Positions 23,970 to 37,799 of a stretch of DNA of 64,000 nucleotides are shown piece after piece. This DNA comes from Microbotryum violaceum. Its lineage: Eukaryota. Position 1 is the stretch's first letter; every line of letters starts with the position of its first letter. A program made the position numbers and the translations under genes. The stretch is from NCBI GenBank assembly GCA_001244265.2, contig CDLV01000007.1, positions 2,356,001 through 2,420,000 of the forward strand. Reading direction: 5' to 3'. The notes beneath the pieces are model-generated. The model had not been told where the DNA came from. It saw only the letters and a program-made list of their open reading frames with translations, and did no database searches.

Positions 23970-24797
23970 CTAGAGCTTGGACTCGGGTTTGGGGACCGAT
24001 ATCAGGCTCGGCATGAAGCGACCGTTGAAGCTCCTCAACTTCGATCCAAGCCATCCACTCTTCATCTCCTTGCCATTCCATCGGTCTTCAAACCGGGTGA
24101 TCTTGTTGTCGGTCGGGTCCAGCTCGATGTGAACGAGCGATTTCATCTCCTTGACAGTGTGGATACCCGCGACGGTATATTTCTGCACTTGTTCGTACTC
24201 AATTAGGCCCTAGAGAGTCCAAGAAAAGATGAGCGATCCGTTCAACTCTTCTGAACAATGATAAACCACTCACAGGCTCGTTCTTGAGAACTTTCCAAGA
24301 CAAAGTCTCCGACTGAGGAAACGCTTTGGGCATGCCGTACCTGTTCATCATAGCAGTCACAGCTGTCTCAGCGTGTGCTCATGGCAGTGTGGCATATTTT
24401 CGGACTGGCTCGCTATCACCATTGTGCCATGTATTCCTTGTCCCCCTTGGCGATGCAGATCGGATCCTCAAAGACGGCATCTGTCAAGAGGCGTCGGGCT
24501 TGTGGGCTCAGCGCGCCAGTCTGCGACGATTATCAATAGACTGGTGGAAAGTTGCTTACCCTTCTTCCAGTCCTGTTCAAAGATCTCGAGCCTCGGCTTA
24601 GAGCTGAAGAGGTCCTGCACGTTCTTGACCAGCTGCGCTCGGCGTTCATCCAGCACGAGACCGTGTTCTCCTGCTGCTGGGGCCGTCGTGGGGGCAGTGC
24701 TCACAGTTGCGTTTGAGGTCATCGTGCGGTAGAGAAGAGGTGTTGTGCGGTGATAAGCAGCGAGTCTTCGGGCGACGAGTGGGCTTATCGCAGGCAT
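23970..24797 (-). CDS. NTF2/SnoaL-like protein, copy A, ending in PTS1 (-SKL)
   Basis: Four exons: ...VKNVQDLFSSKPRLEIFEQDWKK|DAVFEDPICIAKGDKEYMAQW|YGMPKAFPQSETLSWKVLKNEP|GLIEYEQVQKY...KITRFEDRWNG...PESKL*. The DAxFxDP and KIxxxEDRW motifs fit the SnoaL/NTF2 fold. Confidence 0.75.
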
Positions 24798-25525
24798 GGG
24801 CCTGAGGAAAACGAGCAGCTTGCAGAGCGGCGAGAGCACCTTGCGTATCGTCGCTCCGGGCATCCGCGACCCCCGGTCATCGGGTGCCTCAACTCGGAGC
24901 ACTGCGCATTCTCACCGGACATCGGAGAACCACTGCAGTGCAGGCAGTGACAGTGGTTCTGACTCCAGTGCTCAGCCTTGGCCTGGCTTACTGTGACTAG
25001 CAGACCTCTCCGAACTCTCCGAGGGCCGTCGTCTTTGAAGAACCGAGCTCAAGCTTGATTAGGATATGAGTCTTGTAGCCAATCTACAGCGCTGATCCGT
25101 CCGGACCGGCGGACGCGACTCGGAGGGTTCGGAAACGTCGCGCGTCACGCGTCACGGGGTTCTGAGATCTCAGATCTTAGCGCTCTTGAGCAATGAGAGC
25201 GCGCCTGGCCTACGTCATTGCAATCCGGCCGATCACTGCTCTGTGACTTCATCGCGCTTCGGCGGGGATTTGGCCGCGCAAAGGCTTGGTTACAAAAACA
25301 GGACGGGGGAGCATGAGAGGCTTAATCAATGACTCGTTTTCGGAAGTGAAACCCCGCAGCACCCGAGTTGCAACCCCAGCCTTCCCCAGCAACGTTTTAG
25401 ACCTGCACTTGTGCCCCGCCGCTTTCCTTCCTTTCCGTCACTCCCTACAGCACACCAACTCACTCGAGCGAAACCAAGAAAATCACATCAACCTTTTATT
25501 TCGACCACCTTCGACCAACACCACC

Positions 25526-26121
25526 ATGCGCTTCTCCCTTGCCGCGCTCATCTTGGTCGTGTCCCCCTTGCTCGCCACCGCGTCCCCACCCCAAGTTAGG
25601 GAGGCGGCCGACCAACTCCGTCTCCGCTTCACGGACGAGAACGACGACAAGTGCCCCAACCTCAAGGTACGCACTAACGCTCCTTCAAAATCCTCCTTCT
25701 GTGGAGCGCGCAGACTGTGTTTGCGACATTATGCTGACCCATAACGTTCTCCGATGTAACTTGGGCCCCTCTTCTAGGTGCGTTGCTTCAAGGACGGCGA
25801 CTTGACGCAGCCGATCGGCAACATCGGCAAGCAGTCCTACTGCTGGGATGAGGAAGAGACCAAGTGCAAGCAATGCCACCAAACCAAGAACGTGAGTCCC
25901 TGCGCTATATTCGGAATATACCTCTGCGCTCCGAGCCCCACCTCCGTGACGATATGCTGTGCGGGGAAATATACCACAGCCCCTATTTTCACCACAATAC
26001 CTCGATTCCGGGCGAGCAAACGCTGACCTAGATCGCATATGGCCAATAGAACGTCCAATGCAACACCAAGTATCTCAAGGATTGCGCCACCAAGTGTGAG
26101 GCGATCGGAACTCCCCTTTGA
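25526..26121 (+). CDS. Small secreted cysteine-rich protein (108 aa, 8 Cys), effector-like
   Basis: Exons 25526-25666, 25778-25891 and 26050-26121 with GT-AG ends: MRFSLAALILVVSPLLATASPPQVREAADQLRLRFTDENDDKCPNLK|VRCFKDGDLTQPIGNIGKQSYCWDEEETKCKQCHQTKN|NVQCNTKYLKDCATKCEAIGTPL*. Confidence 0.85.
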
Positions 26122-26610
26122 GCGCGAGAAGGTTCCATGTACGAGAAGGAGTTAAGAGATCTGCGTAGCCCCGCATCAGATGCTGTATCAATAGAATGCA
26201 AGACACTTTTGACTCAGTAACAGACATCGTTTGGACCAAAACCTAAGTGCTGGTGGTCATTGCTTGTACCAAGACGTTATAGTGCGAGATTGGACTGCAC
26301 GCTTCGACCCTTCTGATCCATTCAGTACACCACCCATGCATTATCAATCGGCCAATTATTTGGTTCGCTTCCACTTTTCATACACTGAGACATACTCGCC
26401 GCTCGCCCTGTGCACTGTGGTCGACACTTGCTCCGAGGGCTGCTCCAGCGGAAGAGTTGGTGCCATGGTATAACGGTCCTCGCGGCGAGAGATCTAGGCT
26501 CGGGCTGTGATTTAAACAGACTGTAGGTGGGAGTGGGGAGGTGGGAAGCAAGAGATGGCAGGCAGGGGTGAGAGATGAGGTGGAGTGAGTTACGATGATG
26601 GGGGTGGTGA

Positions 26611-26652
26611 GGTAAAAGGTGAAAGGTGGAAGGTGAAAGGTGGAAGGTGAAA
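26611..26652. repeat. 7-bp tandem repeat GGTG(A/G)AA, ~6 copies
   Basis: ggtaaaa ggtgaaa ggtggaa ggtgaaa ggtggaa ggtgaaa read directly. Confidence 0.85.
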
Positions 26653-27993
26653 CGGGTAAATCCGGGACGAGACAGTGAAAGGCGCACGGGATGGAGGGAC
26701 CGTTTTGAGACACGGACAGGCCCGCTAGGTGTGACAACTCACGCTTTGGACGATGGGAGGGATCGAGCTCGAACGACGAAATCTGCCACCACAAAGGCCA
26801 CCATTGTGTATTCCCCTGAAGAGGGCGCCGATGCTGGTAAGATGAAGTGGGTCGAGAAATGCAGAGCGCGTTGACGAGGAGAAGGAAGCAGGATCCGACG
26901 AGCTGGAGGTGGTTGCTGACTTGGGCGCGGGGGCGCATGCTTAGCAGAATGAGTTATTTAATATGAAGCCACTCTGTGACTTCAAGTCTCCACCGCTCCA
27001 CCTATGCCGATGCTGAGCCGAGCGCGGTGGTCTCGCTGCTAACCAGAACCGAATGCGCGAACAGGGGATCTTGCACCCTACTTTGAGGTCAACGATCCAC
27101 CGTTCGAAAAGACCGATTACATCGTCGATCGAGCTCGTTCGGCTTTCAGCAGGTCCTATGAGGATCATACGAGAAATGAGATCATCGCACCGTGGTTGTT
27201 GCTCCAACAGCTTTGTTTGAGCTGGGGCGACCTTGCTTCCACCTCGATTCGCTGCGAAAATGCCACGGAGCTCGGTCGCTAGGCCGGCTTCATGTGAGAG
27301 CTCCGACGCGGCGAATCAACAAGAGAAAGAATGAAGAGTAGTTCCCGAGGACCCCACGAACCAATATCAAGTAAGCGTTCTTCCGCTCGGAGGTAAATCA
27401 GCTGCTCAGCTGCTCAGCGGTCGAGGGCCACAGAATGATAGTGAATCGATTTTTTCGAGTAGACCATGCTTGTGCATGGGCATGCATGACTACGGTTCTG
27501 AGTTTCGTGGTCAACTTACCAATACTCATGGAAGTGCATCGTCATACACTGTTGTGCACGGCCGTGCATGCGCTGGGAATCGGATCCGAATTGTCCTGCG
27601 TCACCACGGCGGTTCGGGTCCATCGCGCGCTCGGACCCCTCAGCCCCCCTAGGGCCCCCCAGGACCGCGCGTCTCGGAGATTTGTACTTTTCGGGCCCAT
27701 TTATGCCTTGTAATATGCTACATGACCTAGTTTCTGATGCTACGTAGAGTAGATTTTTCAACGTAACTCGATAATGTGTTCTTACACCGGAATACACATA
27801 CTCCTTGGATAGGGATATTCGGTCATGTACAAATCGGCCTGAAAACGGGTTTTTTCGAGACGCGCGGTCGGCTGAGCTTTCCCGGGCCCTGTCCTGGCCC
27901 CCCTCCCAGCCCTTCCCGATCGTTTCGCAGCGAGAGGCGCAAACCCATGCGCGCGCGCGTCGGTCTCCCTCCTTCCATAGATTCCCATCCGCG

Positions 27994-30616
27994 ATGTTTG
28001 GAACCTCTTTGCGCTTGGCTCGGACGTTACCGTCGAGGGCGAGTGCTCTTGTCCGCCCCCATGTGCTGTCACTTCATCGATCGGTCGTGGTCGCGTCGTG
28101 TGAGTGATGTCGCTTCGATCATTGTCGGTGACTCGCGGAGCTTCGCAGGCGGGCGCAGCCAGCAAGCGAGCAAACACGAGCCTCGGATCCGGTTTGCTGA
28201 CTTTGTGTCCTGCGCGCATGTAACAGTCGCCCGGTCGTTGACGACAACACCATCATCGGGTTATGCTCAGATCGCGTCGGGTAGGGTCGGTGGCCGCGTC
28301 TCCACGTCCGGTTCGAGGGCCGTGTACGACGACACACCGGTGGCGATCGAGGACGACAGCGCCGAGGTGGATGCCGATCCCGAACAACGACCGGCCGCCA
28401 CGTTCGCTTCCATCAAGGACACTTTACATGCCCCCATCTTCAAGGCCATCACACAAAGGTGAGCCACCAGTCTGGGCCAGCTTCAAAATGAGGAGTTCAG
28501 CCGAACACCCCCTCCCCCCCGAATGAGTCGGAGCGGCTGACCAACAAACTCATTCGAACACAGGCCTTTCAAATACGAGACCATGAGTGAGGTCCAAGAA
28601 GCCGTACTAGCTCTCTTGCCTAGGCTGTCGAATCCTCCCCTCCCGACCACCTCCCAAGACGGCGCCTCAGAGTCGATCGAGCAGGCTCAGGATTTGCTCG
28701 TCCGAGCCAAGACCGGCACGGGCAAGACGCTCGCGTTCCTTATCCCCGCCCTCGAAGGACGACTGCGCCAACTCGAGGCATACAAGGTGCAGTGGGAGCG
28801 TGACAACCCCGATGCGCCCAAGGCGCAGGCCGAACGAGCCTTGAACAAGTACGCCAAATTGTCGGTTGGAGCTTTGATCCTCTCGCCGACGAGGGAGCTC
28901 GCGACCCAGATCGCGACCGAGGCCTCCGCTTTGATGAGCCACCTCCCCGACATGGGTGTAAGACTCTTTGTCGGAGGAGCTTCCAAGAGTTTGCAGTACC
29001 GCGATTGGGTCAGGAGCTCGAGCAACGACATTGTCGTTGCCACTCCTGGTCGAATTCTGGACTTCCTCTCGTCCGAAGAGAATGTCCGCGCGCCTTTGTC
29101 CGCAGCAAGGATGCTCATTCTCGATGAGGCCGACACTTTGCTCGACATGGGTTTTGCGGACGCGCTTGCCGACATCACCGGATATTTGCCCGATATTGCG
29201 CAGCGACAAACGTTCCTCTTCTCCGCGACCGTCTCGAAGCAAATTAGGGAGGTTGCCCGAAAGAGCATGAAACAGGACCACGTCTTTGTCGACACCGTCA
29301 AGGCTTCCGATATCGATACCCACCTCCACATCCCTCAATACTACACCGTCTTGCCCGACCCCGAGTCTCAGCTCATCCATGTTCTGCGATTGCTCGCTCA
29401 CGACCAGCTCTTGCACGCTCGCAAGGCCGCAGCCAATGGCGGAGAGCAGGGCGGCAAGGCCGTCATCTTCCTCCCCACCACGCGCATGACCCAGATGTTC
29501 TCCCTCGTCCTGCAAGCCATGAAAGCTCACTTCCCATGGGCACGCGATACCCACATTGTCGAGATCCACTCCAAGAAGGACCAGAATCAGCGCACGCGAG
29601 CGTCGGATTCGTTCCGCAAGAACAAAACGGGTTATTCGATTCTCGTTACCTCCGATGTGTCAGCACGTGGAGTCGATTACCCTGGTGTCACGCGCGTCAT
29701 CCAGATCGGTGTTCCCGGCTCGAGGGATCTCTACATCCATCGAGTCGGTAGGACCGGACGTGCAGGAAAGGAGGGACGAGGCGATATCATTCTTTTGCCG
29801 TGGGAGGGCAAGTATGTCTCGAGTCAGCTGAGGGATATCCCGATGCAGCACTTCTCGGTCGAGGATGGGGAAAAGGCCTTGAACGAGGCCGCCGAGGAGT
29901 GGGACCAGGACCCGCCCGAGACTCGCGTCACCGCTGAGGCCGAATCTCGCGGCGGCTTCACCAAAAGGACGAGCAAGTCGATCCGGGACCGTCGAGTCGG
30001 GTTCGTGCGAGCCCCTCAGATGTCGTCGCCCGTCGCACCTCGACTTGAATCCCTCGAAGACTCATTGAGGACTTCGGTCCTGCCTTCGCTCGACGAGGAG
30101 GCGGTCAGGGACGCTTTCGCATCGATGCTGGGTTACTACGCGCCCAGGTCCTCGGACTTGCGAGTAACCAAGTCCGAGATCGTGCAGGGCCTCAAGGATT
30201 GGGCGACGGGATCGATGGGTCTCGAACAGGAGCCTTACGTTTCTTCCATGTTCCTCGCCAAGATCGGAATGAACGACCGAGGATCCAGCAGGACCAATTC
30301 GAGCGGACGGTTCGGTGGGAGTCGGGACAACGGCGGCAGTCGCGGCGGGCGACCTTCTTCGTTCGATGGTTACCGGAGCCAGAGAGACTCGAGGCCGATG
30401 GACAGTCGCATCAACAGCGCTGGCAAATACGCCAGCAAGAAGAACCCTCCTCATGCTCCTCGTGATGGCGGATACAAGCCTAGAGCCTTCGGCTCAGAAT
30501 CGTCGTATGGAAGTAGTAAACCGTCGTTCGGCTACGGCGGTTCCTCGAGTCCTTACGACAACGACCGAGGCGATCGCAAGAACAACCGGAGATCGTCGCC
30601 GTCGTCAAGGTATTGA
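27994..30616 (+). CDS. MSS116: Mitochondrial DEAD-box RNA helicase, MSS116-like
   Basis: Presequence-like MFGTSLRLARTLPSRASALVRP; Q motif FKYETMSEVQ; AKTGTGKT, SPTRELA, ATPGR, LDEAD, FSAT, SDVSARGVDYPGV, HRVGRTGRAG; basic G/R-rich tail. Two introns. Confidence 0.85.
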
Positions 30617-31032
30617 TGGCGTGTCTTTCTAACGACCGTGTATTGTGTGTTTCATCAACGCTAGAATAGTCGTAGGCTGTACTTGTTCCTGATCATTGCA
30701 ACACCACACCACACCACTTCGAAGACCGAAAATCATGGCACAGTCGACAGGCGATGTGCAGCTCTCCTTCCTGAGCAGTGCACATGTCGCCAAGTGAGTC
30801 CGAGCATAGCAGGCATTTGGGATAGCAGACATCATCGTTTCACTTTTTTGCGAGAGAATGAACAGAGAAGATGGTGAGAAAGGAGCGAGGGAAAGGGGTT
30901 CAAAGGAAGGGGGTAGCCGAAGGGAAAGTAAGAGCAACCTTCACCGCAAAACACTCGCCCTGTCATCATAACGCAGAGACCAAAGGGACACATGACACAC
31001 ACACCGACCCATATCCTCACAAGACAAGTCAT

Positions 31033-34000
31033 CTAATATGCGCCCCCGTAGCCAATCATCGGCATGCCCTGGCCGAGTAAGATCGGTGCGGACGACTCGA
31101 GTTCCTCCTTCTTGGCCTCCTTCGTCGACATATCCTTGACTTGCTTTGCGAGCGAAGTCAACATCTCGTGCCGATGTCGTTCTTGGCTCAATAGATAGGG
31201 CACTGCAAAAAGGTTGAGACCGAAGTCAGCTCGCTGCAGCTTATGGTGTGCAGGTGGACTGTTACTCACTTGTAAAGTCATTCAAGCCTGCCTTCCAGGA
31301 CAGATATTGTGCAGTATCAAGTCGAATCAGGTCGTAGCAGACGTACAGCGTCGCGGTGTAGCACTCCTTGGAGCCAATGTCGACAAAGTAGGTCAAGAGC
31401 TCCTCGGCAACCTCTGTCGAGTTCGACGTCGCGGCGGTCTCGATCGCATCCTTGAACAGCTTGTCCTGCTTGGACAACGAGATCGACTGCTCCCACTTGC
31501 CGTTCTTCTTGTACAAGTGAGCGGCGAGTCGTCGGAACTCGAGCAGGTCGTGTTTCTCCAACCGAGTTGCCAGAGCAAGAGCGTCGAATGCATCGTTCGA
31601 GTCGGTCGAATCCCGCAGCGTTTTGTAGTCCTCGTCCTCGATCAAAAGATCGTTGTAGGCTTCGTTGACAGCGGGGATGTTGTTCTTTTGAACGGCGATG
31701 AGGTAAGACTTGATCATGGGGAGTTCGTCCGCCTTGAGGAACATCTTGACTACTCGGGTGTGGTCGATACGAGGCGCGAGCACCGACAGCAAGTCGTTCA
31801 ACAGCATCGGTTGCTCTTGCAAGTAATGTGTCAAGGCCTACGGGTAAGATTGCAGAGCTCCGCTTAGTGTTTGCCATAACAGACGTTCTCTTCACCAGCA
31901 CAGCAGAAGGGACAAGACGCACCTTGTAATAGATCTCGATGTTGGCAACTTTCACTACGACCTCCTTGAACTGGTTGTGGTCCCAGGCATCGGCCGACCG
32001 TTCCATCATCGCCAGGGCCGCGTTGTCGAATTCGTCGTACTTGACGTACAGGAAGACGAGCTCGGACCAGAGATGGGCCTGCTCGGCGGCGCGGATGACC
32101 TTGGGGATGTTGATTCGGGACCAAAACAGCTTGAGGTGCTCCATCAACCTCTCGGGCGCGTATTTTGCGTAAAGGACCGACAACTCGGTGAACATGCCCA
32201 TGTGCGCTCGCTCGAGACCAAGACCGGCCTCGAGGAGAGCCATCAACTCGTCGACGTGACCTCGGTGTTCGTACAGGCGCACGAGTGCCTGCAACTCCTC
32301 GGCATGAACGATCAAGTTGAGACCGCAGATCTGAGCAAGTCGGAACTCCTTCTTGTCGATGCACGCGGCGTTGACCTGTCGCCACACCTGTGTATTGCCT
32401 GCCTTGCGAGCGGCATCGACGGCAGCCTGGTTTTCGCCGAGGTAGATTAAGGTCGTCGCGAGGCGAGCCCAGTTCGAGATGCTGGTGAAGAGCAGACGAG
32501 CAGCTTCGTACATGCCAGCTTCAAACGCCTTCTCACCAGCCGAGAGCTGATCGGCAACGTTGGTCATGGCAAGGAACTCCTCCATGTCATGCAAGCGGTC
32601 CGTTCGTGCATACGCGAAGGCGAGCTGAGTGTCGATGGCGGGCTCACGCAATGTCTTGCGAGCCATCTGCAAGTATCGAACGAGATCGTCGTACTTGGCT
32701 GCTCGATCCGCGGTTTCGATGACCTCGGCGTAGTTGCTCGGATCCTCGGCCTTGACGTACGAGTCGATCGCGTCCTTGATGCGCAGACCGTCCAATTGAG
32801 CTTTTCCGAGTCGGGACCACACAGCGGGCTGGTCAATCTTGGCGGCGTACTGCGATGCGCGGTCGATCGAGACGATATACTCGACGAGCACATTCATCGC
32901 GTCGAGGTGTCGGTCATTCTTCTTGAACAAGGTGAATGCTTCCTCGTAGAGGCCGTGCTCAGTAGCGATCGCAGCAATCTCTTCGACGTTAAAGCCCTCG
33001 ACGCGTTCGATATAGCCCATCACTCGGCCCTTGTCGGCTCGGATCGCGGTCAGCATCAAGAGCTTCTTTAAGTTGCTGTTGTCGCTGAACGCCGAAGGTT
33101 CAAGGATAATCTTCTCGAGCAGCTCAATGAGTTCGGAGGGGAGGTCGGCGGACAGGAAGGCCTTGACGGTCACCGAGACGTCCTCAGGATCGGTCGACTC
33201 GGGCACGGCGGTGGCCACGACCTGGTCGACGAGCTGTCGCTTGTGGTCGTTGTCATCCGAGAGGACTTGCTGCCACAGTTCTAGTCGTCGCCTCTTGACG
33301 AGGTATCGCGCCTGGTGCTTGAACATGGAGTTGTCGTTCGTGATCGAGATGAGCTCGTCGTCGCAGAAGCCCTTGGCGTATGCGATGTAGGCGAGGTAAG
33401 GATCGCGTTGCTCGCAGTATTTACCGACAATCAAAGGGTCGTACGCGTTATTCTCCTTGAGGAACTGCTCGGGGTTGTTGTTGCTGTCGATCGCGATCTT
33501 GGCCAGAGCGTTGTAGATGCCGGCTTCCTGTTGACCTGAAGCGACCTTGGCCTCGAGCCAGGGCAAGATGAGCTTGAGTCGGTTGCGCTTCTCGACCTCG
33601 TCGACGAGCTCATCAACGGGGATCGGACCGGTGACCGAGGCGAGCAGAGCCTTAATCGTCGTCTCGTCGCAGTCGACGTCCAACAGGCCACCAATGACCT
33701 GAGGGGTGCGAGCCGAGTTGACGCGTTGCACGTAGACCTCGATGAAATTCGTGAGACCGTTTTGGTAGAGGTACAGGACGAGATCGTGAACAAAGTCGAA
33801 TCGATCGCATACGATGATCAAAGGCAGTTGGTCGGCCAGCTTTGCCTCCTTGAGGAAGTTCTTGACCTTCTCGGGGTTGTAAAAATTTGACTCGCGAACG
33901 ATGCGTTCGACCTCGCGAATTTGGCCGGTGCGGGTCGCGGCCTGGATATACTTGAAGTGCACCTCCGAATCCTCACTGAGGTTGACGACAGAGCCGAGGT

Positions 34001-36919
34001 AGTAGTACAGGCCCTCGGACGTCTTGAATGACTCGAACATCTCAATCAAGCGAACGGGGCCGATCAGATCCGAAAACTTGGTTGCGGCCTGAACCACGAC
34101 CTGCAAGTTCTGGCGAATGTTGACCTTGAGCATCTCGTTGAAGCACTCGAGCGTTTGCTCGACTGTGAGCTTGCCAAAGTAATTGACGAGCCACTGGAGG
34201 TCAAGATGAGGGAATATCGACCATCAGCGACGTTGCAAAGAATAAAGTAGATACCGGCAGCAAAGGACGTACGTCGGCCTGCAGTAAGTTGGTGTGGACG
34301 ACCACGCGCTTAATATCGCTGATGTCCTCGTAGTGCTCCAGAGCCTGTCTCATTTGGCAAAGTCAGCGTTCTGCCTCACATCTCAAAAAAAAGGCAGCTT
34401 GCTCTTACCCTCTGCAACAGGCCAGCTTTCTCGCACAAGTTGGCGATACGGGGCCGGTCGTAGTGGGTGAACATCTCATTGCCGAGGATGGCGTCGGCGA
34501 CTTGGGGCGCGTTCACGAGGTTCATCTCGAGCAATCGCGTCTGCATGTGCGCCTGCTCGGGCTTGTTGTCCTTGAGCGCGTCGAGCAGGAACGACGTCGC
34601 TTGTTGTATCATGTTCTGGCTCATGAAGATGTCGACGACTCGCTCAACATCGACAAGCGGGCCCGATTCATCATTCACGAGCTGGCCGGCGAATTCGGCA
34701 CCTTGGTCCGGGTTCAGTCGAGTGATGTGCTGGAGCAGCGAGGCGTAGTCGGGCGAGTAATTGACGCGCTTCGAGTAGACGACAATTTTGGCGAATTGGC
34801 CAGTTTCGGCGAAGCAAGCGACGACCTTGTTGGGCACATTGGCGCGCAGGTAGACGGAAAGCGCCAAGGTCATGTCGTGCGCACGAACAATGTCACCCAA
34901 CTCTTCGCTGCACTCGATCTTGTCCTCCTTGAGCCATTTCTCCAGCAGCTGCTTACGGCCTTGCACGATCACAGGACGTGCAAGCTCGAGTGACTCGTGC
35001 TTGTTCAGCTTGCCACGTTCGAGCAGAATACCAAAGTAATGCAGGATCGGCGACATCTGGCCCGCGGGAACGGGAACACCCTTGAACTGCTCGATCGTTT
35101 GGCTCGTTCGCAAAATGCCTCGGGGCGAGTTGGCAGCGACCTTAGCGGCTTCAGCGTAGTTGCCCGACTGGAACAACTGCGCGAACTGGCGCGTGTACAA
35201 ATCGTCGGCGCCAGGGAGGTTGGCGCGAGACGCGAGGCGGATAGCCAGCTCGGTGTTGTTGAGCGTTTGCAGGATGTACGGGATGATGGTGTCGTCGTCG
35301 ACCGTGACGGACAGGACCTGGCCCTTGCGGTTGACACCGACGATGCCCGAGGTCGAGGTGTGCTCGCAGGTGACGAACATCGTCTCGCCCGAGATTCGGT
35401 TCATGTAGATGCAGGCGCCCGACTCGAGGTCGTAGAGGTGGATAAAGCCGTACTTGGTCACGAGGTAGGCGATGCCGTAACGTTTTGAAACTTGCATCGC
35501 GACGGGGAAGTCGTTTGTCGCTTCCGGAGGAAAGAAGACGTCGACGGCCTTCTTGGCATACACGGGCAAGTGGGCTTGGTGATCGATCTCGACTACATGG
35601 AGCTGCAGCAAGGAGAGGGGCAGATCGGGGTCAGTCTTGTCGAACCGCAATCGTAGGAATGTGATGTCGCACACGCACCTTGGCGCCTGTCCCGGTCCTG
35701 ACCGCAAAAGCAAAGAGCTTGGTGTCGTCGCTCGCACCATCCATCCTCAACTCTGCGAAACTAGCGGCATGACCTTCGATCGGTTGACTGACGCCGCGCT
35801 CGCGCGAGTAGAGCTGCATCGCTCCCTTGACCTTGAACCCGGCAGGGTTGGTCGTGTTGGATGAGATACCGACGAGCACGAGCCACTTTTCATCGGGCGT
35901 GACGCGATAGTTGATAATCTGATTGCCCTGGAGTGAGGCGTGTCGATCAAAAACCTTGACCGGTGCCGGGGCTGTCTGTGTGCCGGGAGCAGAAGCGGGG
36001 GCGTACGCAACCCAGCTGAAGCAGTAAAAGGCATGCAGCCATGTGTCAGGTTGGATTATGTAATAACAACAAGGAGAATGCACGTGCGACGCACTGGTAG
36101 ACGGCGGTCTCTGTGACGATACCCAAAGTGGTGTTGGAGATCCACTTCCAGAAGACAACGTCCTCGTGAATAGCATACGACGTTACTTTTTGCTTGAGGT
36201 CAATGTTGAAGATTTGCAGCTGTCGTTGGGCTGTAGACCCATTCGCAAACATAGACTCGGGTCAGCTGCAGAATCCGGTCCGAAGGATTGGGTTAGAGCG
36301 GGGACGCGTCCCGCTCCTGGCTGGGGGACGGTGGGGGGAGGGCTCGGTCGACACCACGGGCACCACGGGGACACGATCTCGCGACGACTGACCTCTGAGC
36401 GCGATGACCTTCTCCTCGGGGTGCATGATGGCACTCTCGGCCGAGATCGGTCTCCGGATCACATTTCCCGGGTCGTTGAGATCGATGATGACGACCTGCT
36501 TGGTGCCGTTGACCTCCTCGCGGACGCAGATGAAGCGGTCCGACTCCAACGTCAAAGTCGCGAACCCGATTGAGCCCGGTTGGATGCCCAACGCGGTGAG
36601 CTGTAGGTAAAGATACGTTTGATCTTAGTGTGTCAACATGCTTGTGCGCGTGGGGGGTGCAGTGTGCAGTGTGCAGTGTGGGGTTGCGCGGGTGTGTCGG
36701 GATGCGACGTTGTTGGCAGGTGTGACGTGGTGCCAGAGAGCGCGGATGCGTCAACGCGGGCGCGACTGACACACGGCTGCGTCGGGCAGCGATTGCGCAC
36801 AGATGGACATGGAGGACATAGAGCCCATGGTAGAGTGATGCAGCGCGCGAACAAGCACCCAGCAGACGGTGACTGACCTGTTGGAGTTCGGAGAAGCTGA
36901 TGGGGCGGTCGACGGCCAT
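31033..36919 (-). CDS. CHC1: Clathrin heavy chain
   Basis: [121 protein letters not shown]; multi-exon. Confidence 0.98.
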
Positions 36920-37799
36920 CGTGTAGGATGCCTTGGGTCAAGCCAAGCCAAACGGGAGGGACGGCGGCGGTGCGACGTAACACCAACGAGAGGGCGGTGG
37001 CAGTGGTACAATCGGACTCTACTCGAGTGAGGAGAGATGCGATCGGTCACGAAGAAAGAGAGAGCAGAAGTGACCAAATCAATCACGATGGGCGTGTACA
37101 GTGTCAGAGGGCGAGGCGAGGTGGTCGAAGCGGACCTTTAGCCCTACGCGCTCTTTGGGCACTCATAGCAGCGCATGCCTCCTTTAGCTGGCTTATGTCG
37201 GCGGGCTAAAGTCGAGCGTTTTGGATCTTGGATATGTAGCTACCTCTACACGGAAGTTCATCGCACTGCTGAGCTTCTCATATGAGTAAAACAACGTGGA
37301 ATATTTTTCAACATTTTCGCAAATTCGGAAAGTAATGTAGTAATTCATGTCCAAAGTTGAGGGCAAAACCTTCATTTGCAATTTGCATTTGGTGACCTAT
37401 AGTCTTTTCGGCTTTTGCTGCAAGAGTTTGACGCCGAGGACTCTCCGCCGCCTGTTTCCGCCTGTCCTCTAACCCCAATCTACTCGTAAACGAGCTCGAC
37501 CCCGATCAGGATCGGCGACTCAACCTGGTGTCCCCTTCGCCAATATGATGTACAAGCACTCTGCTATGCCATTTGGCTGCATCGCCACTGTTACGATCCT
37601 CCTGCGGCGGAGTGGCACCCCGTGTCTCGAAGCAGGCAAAACGACGTATCCCAGTGTATGACCTGTGTGGGACACCCAGGACGAGTCCTGCAGCGAGGAT
37701 CCGGGAGTGGAGCAATGTCAAACGCTCGGGGCCCAGCTTGATCGTCTTGGGTCCTCAGCCCAAGAGGGAGAAGAAAGGTTTGCCGACTCGTTCATCTCA

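Noticed and set aside
28667-35488. Long antisense ORFs over MSS116 and CHC1 (also over HMG1 and the La gene)
   Set aside because: Expected shadows of high-GC3 coding sequence; no independent motifs.
37465-37480. CTAACCCC as a telomerase RNA template
   Set aside because: Does not complete the TAACCCTAA template; no supporting structure.
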